Shown: piece by piece, positions 59,737 through 64,000 of the stretch
How positions within the stretch are numbered: the first letter of the stretch is position 1
Layout: the number at the start of each line of letters is the position of its first letter
NCBI GenBank assembly: GCA_963719505.1
Contig: CAVRCF010000003.1
Span: 64,001-128,000 of the forward strand
DNA: 64,000 nucleotides
Source: Halobacteriovoraceae bacterium
Lineage (GTDB): Bacteria; Bdellovibrionota; Bacteriovoracia; Bacteriovoracales; Bacteriovoracaceae
Direction of reading: 5' to 3'
Program-made: the position numbers and the translations under genes
The notes under the pieces: generated by a model
Databases searched by the model: none
Seen by the model: the letters and a program-made list of their open reading frames with translations, nothing else
What the model was told of the DNA's origin: nothing

Positions 59737-60410
59737 TATGCGCTCTTTTGAAAGTAAGTGAATGCAGCGAGCTCAGTACCATCTTTAATTTTATGACGCA
59801 TAAGAAAATTCCAAGGTCCAATCATGCAGTTGTCTCCAACTTTTGTTCCTGGACCAAGTTTTGAGTTAATCCCCACAAAAGAGTTTTTCCCCATTGTCAC
59901 TTTCTTAAGATAGATGTGATTGTCTTGAATAAGGTGACAGCCAATTTGAACCTCATCACCGAGCATGGAGCCTGAACCGATTTCAATGAGCTGAAGATCA
60001 ACCAGATTTACGTACATGCTAGAATTGATACCAAAGGCAATTTTGGCACCCATGGCACGCCAGTATAGGTATTTTAAAATATAAGAAGAGTAGAATAGAT
60101 CTTGAAGTTGGAAGACTCTAATCGCTCGACCTAAGGAGAGATTCAGTCCCCACGCGATAAAACCTTTGTTCATCGTCATAGGAAAGCGTCCCTCTTTGAC
60201 ACGGGGAAGGCATAGCCTTATGCAAAAAATAAAAAATATAAAAATAAAGGGAATAAGAAGAAGAGGGGTAAAGGCTAAAATTTTAAATTGGATTCTATTT
60301 AATAGCCATGAGATAATAGAGTACTCTATGATAAAAGTTAGTATACCGGGCGTCAGTGTTAGGGTTGACGAAATAGTATCGCTTAAAAGAGTGCCAAATG
60401 GATTTTTCAT
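59736..60410 (-). CDS. Membrane-anchored hexapeptide-repeat (LbH) acyltransferase-like protein
   Basis: Two N-terminal TMs, 'YWRAMGAKIA', IEIG/VTMG/TKVG hexapeptide repeats; likely start MKNPF at 60410. Confidence 0.75.
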   Translation of the reverse strand: MKNPFGTLLSDTISSTLTLTPGILTFIIEYSIISWLLNRIQFKILAFTPLLLIPFIFIFFIFCIRLCLPRVKEGRFPMTMNKGFIAWGLNLSLGRAIRVFQLQDLFYSSYILKYLYWRAMGAKIAFGINSSMYVNLVDLQLIEIGSGSMLGDEVQIGCHLIQDNHIYLKKVTMGKNSFVGINSKLGPGTKVGDNCMIGPWNFLMRHKIKDGTELAAFTYFQKSA

Positions 60411-60441
60411 ATCAATCTTTTCGGCTTTAAAGGGTAAAATA

Positions 60442-61902
60442 ATGAGTATAATTAGATCTGTAATGTCGGTTGTCACTTATATGAAATATCGTCAATTCAT
60501 AAAAGCGTGCAAAAACCCCAAAGCGGCTCAAGCAAAGGCTTGGAAGAAAACCTTCTCAAAACTGGCCAATACCTCTTCGGTCAAGCACAACTTAAAAGAC
60601 AATAGAATTACGGAAATATCCGACTACGAAGCTCTGTTTAATGCTAAAAGCAAAAGCCGTTTTAATCCCCTAACAGGTGAGGAGATTCTTTTTTGGGCAC
60701 AAAGTGCTGGAACAACCGGAACCCAAAAAATCTTTCCTCTAAGTAAGTCTTACCAAGAGCAGTTTCAGACTTCTCTGCCTCCTTTTATCTATGGCTTTAT
60801 AAAGAAGTATAAAAACTTTTTGGTAAACCCTTCATTATATTTAGCTGCTATAGATCCTGATGAAAAAGCAGCCTCTGGAATACCAATTGGATTTATTTCA
60901 AATTATAATTATCATCACATGCCTAGATTTATAAAAAACATCTATGTGCTTCCTGATAAAACATTAAAAAATTCGAAGGTCTTCTCAAAGCAAGGTCCTC
61001 TCTATGCACTCGCGGGTGAGCTCAATAGTATTTTCGCCGTGACTCCATTGAGTATTCAAAAATATATGGAAAATATCATTATCAATTGGACTTTTTTTAT
61101 TGAAGAGCTAGAAAAAGAGAATGTAAGTATTTCAGAATCTAGACTTCGCCATCTCCGAGCTCTCGATCCAGATGCTCTGACACTCAAAGAGATTTGGCCA
61201 ACTTTAGAGTTTATTTGCTGTTGGAAGTCTTCTATATGTAAAAATCAGTTAAGAAATATGAAAGACCTCTTAGGTGGAGTTGCTGTTCATGATGCGATCT
61301 ATTCAGCTACTGAGGGATGGATTAATGTACCAACCCCAGAACTTCCTTTTGGTGGACCGGTTCATCCAAGGACCCATGTCGTCGAGTTTCTAGACGTTGA
61401 AAAAGAAGTTTTAGAAGAGAACCTGATCGACTTGTGGGAATTAGAGAAAGGAAAAGAATATGAAATCTTCATCACCAATAATATGGGCCTCGTTAGATAT
61501 CGAATTCAAGATATCGTAAAATGCACCGGCTTTTTTCATCGTTCACCTATTATCCACTTTGAAAGAAAGGCTTCTTCTCAAATAAGCTTGGGGCTTGTGA
61601 CGATCTCTGAAAATGAATTAGTCCAAGCATGCTTTAAGTTAAATATAAAGTTAGATGAGAATCACTACTTTACTCCCAATGAAGAGTCTGACGGGCTTGT
61701 TTACTGTTTTTCCGGAGAGAAGCTTACTCGTGAGGAGTTAATCAACTTGAATGAGTCTCTTAAAGAGATGAATGTAAATTTTAAGAAGTATAGCGAAAAT
61801 GGAACCATTAAAGGTGTGACTCAGCATAGAAGTAAAAAGAGTGAAAATCGATTTCATGCTCAAACAAAGCCTTGCTATCTTTATCAAGAATACTTAGGCT
61901 AA
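60442..61902 (+). CDS. GH3 family acyl-acid amido synthetase-like adenylating enzyme
   Basis: SAGTTGTQK, YSATEG, GLVRYRIQD (GH3 motifs I-III); start estimated at 60442. Confidence 0.85.
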   Translation: MSIIRSVMSVVTYMKYRQFIKACKNPKAAQAKAWKKTFSKLANTSSVKHNLKDNRITEISDYEALFNAKSKSRFNPLTGEEILFWAQSAGTTGTQKIFPLSKSYQEQFQTSLPPFIYGFIKKYKNFLVNPSLYLAAIDPDEKAASGIPIGFISNYNYHHMPRFIKNIYVLPDKTLKNSKVFSKQGPLYALAGELNSIFAVTPLSIQKYMENIIINWTFFIEELEKENVSISESRLRHLRALDPDALTLKEIWPTLEFICCWKSSICKNQLRNMKDLLGGVAVHDAIYSATEGWINVPTPELPFGGPVHPRTHVVEFLDVEKEVLEENLIDLWELEKGKEYEIFITNNMGLVRYRIQDIVKCTGFFHRSPIIHFERKASSQISLGLVTISENELVQACFKLNIKLDENHYFTPNEESDGLVYCFSGEKLTREELINLNESLKEMNVNFKKYSENGTIKGVTQHRSKKSENRFHAQTKPCYLYQEYLG

Positions 61903-61906
61903 AAAA

Positions 61907-62983
61907 TTGATCACCTTTGTTTATTTTCTCAATGTTTTCTTTAACTTTTTTTATGGGATGTTCATTCCTATCATTCCGTTAATGAATGAGTCTCAGGCGG
62001 GTCTTGCCTTCAGCTCCTATGGTCTTTCAAAAATTTTTACCTACTACCTGTTTGGTAAGCTTATTGATTCAGGACGAATAAGACTCTCTCTTGTTATTAC
62101 CTTATTCTTAGTTCTTTTAGTTCCACTCTTCTATTTATTGCTACCGACCTTACCAATAGTTGGAAAGTTCATCGAGGGAATAGCTTTCGCCGGTGGAACT
62201 GTCTTTTGCTTTACTTTTATAACGATCATCTGTGTATCCAAGGAAAAATTCGAAAAAGAACTTAAGAAAATTATGATTCTTTCAAGTCTTGGCTCACTTC
62301 TTGGGCCAATGGCAGGCTATGCTCTTATAGGGGCAGATATCAAAAGTGCTTCGATTCTTTTTCTTGGACTAGCACTCTTAATAAATGGCTTTGGATTTAT
62401 TTTTTCAAAGCAGTTAAAAAAACTTAAAGAGAATCAAATTAATATAGAGTTCTCAGACTCTAGGTCAGATAAACTAAACTACAATCTAGTTGCCTTAGTT
62501 CTCATCTTTAAAGGAATTTTGATGGGGATTCAACCATGTATTGCTTTTTGGTGTAAAGATGTGTTTGGGATGAGTTTATTCGCTTCAGGTGGGGCTTATC
62601 TCGTCTCTGGACTTGGTTTTATCATTGGTACTTTGAAACCTCGTTTTATGGGGATCATTTTTCCAGTCATCAGCTTTGGATTATTAGAAATATCTTTTCT
62701 TTATAGGAGTGAACTCTTTTGGATTGCCAACTTTGCAATCTCTTTTTGGCTAGGATCAAGCTTGGTCAGGTGCCTGCTTGATCTGGGATGGGTGACAACG
62801 GACAAAGCAGGAAAGCTTAATTCTTCTTGGATGGCCATCTCAGATTTGCCTTTAATGATTACTCCTGCTCTATTTTGGGAGGTAAAGCTTGTCAGTAGTC
62901 TCTCTGTTAGAGTCGGCTTAATAGGGATGTTTTTAGCCGCAGCTTTATACTTTCAAACAAGACAAAAAAGGAGATGGACTTGA
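61907..62983 (+). CDS. MFS transporter (divergent)
   Basis: About 12 TM; GKLIDSGR motif-A-like, GKFIEG, GSLLGP. Confidence 0.75.
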   Translation: MITFVYFLNVFFNFFYGMFIPIIPLMNESQAGLAFSSYGLSKIFTYYLFGKLIDSGRIRLSLVITLFLVLLVPLFYLLLPTLPIVGKFIEGIAFAGGTVFCFTFITIICVSKEKFEKELKKIMILSSLGSLLGPMAGYALIGADIKSASILFLGLALLINGFGFIFSKQLKKLKENQINIEFSDSRSDKLNYNLVALVLIFKGILMGIQPCIAFWCKDVFGMSLFASGGAYLVSGLGFIIGTLKPRFMGIIFPVISFGLLEISFLYRSELFWIANFAISFWLGSSLVRCLLDLGWVTTDKAGKLNSSWMAISDLPLMITPALFWEVKLVSSLSVRVGLIGMFLAAALYFQTRQKRRWT

Positions 62984-63372
62984 TAAAAAAAACCTTAATG
63001 ATTTTACCTCTCGTTTGCTTCTTGTTTTTATTAGGTCGAAATATTTGGATCATTAATGATTCGGTTGAAGAGATAGGAATTCAAATTTCTTGTTCAGTAA
63101 AAACGAGTCAAAGTGGTAAAGTCCTCGCTAGAAATATCCCCGTGGTTCAGAGGAAAAATGGTAAAAAAGTTTATGGATCAATAGGCGAGCCAAAGGTCTT
63201 TGACTATTGTAAAGGGTCTATCGGGAAGAAGGTTAAAGTGCTCGTTGAAAAAGGTGGATCTGAAGATGCGAGGATTTATACCTTTTGGCAGTTTTGGTTC
63301 TTACCTATGCTTTTTGCCTTTTTTTCTCTTATCTGGATTATAGGTATTAAGAATAAAATGACTAAAGATTAG
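62974..63372 (+). CDS. Small two-TM protein (DUF3592-like)
   Basis: TM, beta-rich region, 'IGKKVKVLV...EDARI..FWQFW', TM. Confidence 0.55.
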   Translation: MDLIKKTLMILPLVCFLFLLGRNIWIINDSVEEIGIQISCSVKTSQSGKVLARNIPVVQRKNGKKVYGSIGEPKVFDYCKGSIGKKVKVLVEKGGSEDARIYTFWQFWFLPMLFAFFSLIWIIGIKNKMTKD

Positions 63373-63472
63373 TTCGGTTTTAGCGAATTCTATCTTGTGA
63401 AAGTTCACCGTGGCTAACTGTGAGTAAATACTTGAGAAAAACTAAAAAATGCCTAATGATCTGGCCAGTTAT

Positions 63473-63501
63473 TTGACTTAAATGGCTATTTTTAGTATAA
63501 T
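63473..63501 (+). promoter_or_regulatory. Sigma70 promoter of proB (likely leaderless)
   Basis: TTGACT-N17-TATAAT, ATG 7 nt downstream, no SD. Confidence 0.75.
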
Positions 63502-63508
63502 ACGCGCA

Positions 63509-64000
63509 ATGAAATCAATCGGAAATTTATCACTTAGAAAAGAACTTATTGGCTGTAAACGACTGGTAGTCAAGGTTGGAAGCAACGTTGTTACAAAATC
63601 TGATGGTCGCTGTGATATTCGGAAAATGCGAATTATTGTGGAGGATATCTGCGAACTTGTAGACTCTGGCTTTGAGGTTATTCTTGTCAGCTCGGGTGCC
63701 GTTAGTGTCGGAAAAGCATTCTTAAAGACCATGCTTCCAAAAGAGGGAAGGGTAGATCTGCAGCAGTCTGCTAGTTCAATTGGTCAGCCAAAACTTATAA
63801 ATAAGTACTCGCAGTTATTTGAAGATCACGATCATATTTGTTCTCAAATTCTTTTAACTCACGATGACTTTAGAAATAGAAAGAGGTTTCTTCACGCTAA
63901 ACAGACCATAGAAGTTCTTTTACAAAACAAAATAACTCCTATCTTAAATGAAAACGATTCTATTTCATATTCAGAAAATACAGTCGGCGATAATGATCAT
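63509..64000 (+). CDS. proB: Glutamate 5-kinase (3' truncated by window edge; not in ORF track)
   Basis: Own translation: RLVVKVGS, ILVSSGAV, IGQ, QILLT.DD, PILNEND, GDND. Confidence 0.93.
   Translation, partial: MKSIGNLSLRKELIGCKRLVVKVGSNVVTKSDGRCDIRKMRIIVEDICELVDSGFEVILVSSGAVSVGKAFLKTMLPKEGRVDLQQSASSIGQPKLINKYSQLFEDHDHICSQILLTHDDFRNRKRFLHAKQTIEVLLQNKITPILNENDSISYSENTVGDNDH

Noticed and set aside
60166-60476. Apparent 310-bp antiparallel overlap of the GH3 and LbH ORFs
   Set aside because: Artefact of longest-ORF calling; plausible starts at 60410 (minus) and 60442 (plus) remove the overlap
473-63732. Numerous 60-107 aa ORFs antisense or out-of-frame within known genes (e.g. 1301-1549, 20531-20851, 25634-25936, 63478-63732)
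   Set aside because: Shadow ORFs of well-supported genes with no motifs or RBS; 63478-63732 is antisense to proB
1-64000. tRNA, rRNA, prophage or defence-system genes
   Set aside because: No cloverleaf, rRNA-like tract, phage structural gene or recognisable defence gene was seen by eye; intergenic gaps are short

Overview
AT-rich bacterial chromosomal window. The gene content resembles predatory Bdellovibrionota (Bacteriovoracia-like): many short secreted orphans, a VKOR-DsbA fusion, a MinD plus J/HTH pair, TIGR03545/46 and a eukaryote-type class Ia RNR. This taxonomic call is inference only. The first ~48 kb is mostly housekeeping and secreted hydrolases: secG-tpiA-pgk-gap, yhaM, tatD, rluD-pgeF, nrdBA, acs, leuS, tldD-pmbA, a MATE pump, a desaturase, an aminotransferase and a PLD. 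nrdB and nrdA carry several frameshifts and stops, and two tandem NrdR boxes lie upstream. The main candidate for an undescribed system is a ~14 kb fatty-acid-derived biosynthetic gene cluster (49.5-63.4 kb). It encodes a FAAL, two ACPs, two FabH/KSIII enzymes, an SDR, an acyl-CoA ligase, a stand-alone carboxyltransferase, a P450, a hexapeptide acyltransferase, a GH3 acyl-amido synthetase and an MFS transporter. Its core operon has a consensus sigma54 promoter and a 17-bp palindrome that recurs, in the same geometry, upstream of an unlinked secreted-protein gene. An IS1202/ISNCY-like element with a target duplication has inserted directly beside that palindrome. Other observations are a trypsin homologue lacking all three triad residues, a secreted JAB-motif protein, a secreted HEAT-repeat protein, sigma28 promoters and many apparently leaderless genes. 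No rRNA, tRNA or CRISPR array was seen. All calls come from motif recognition by eye; no searches were run.
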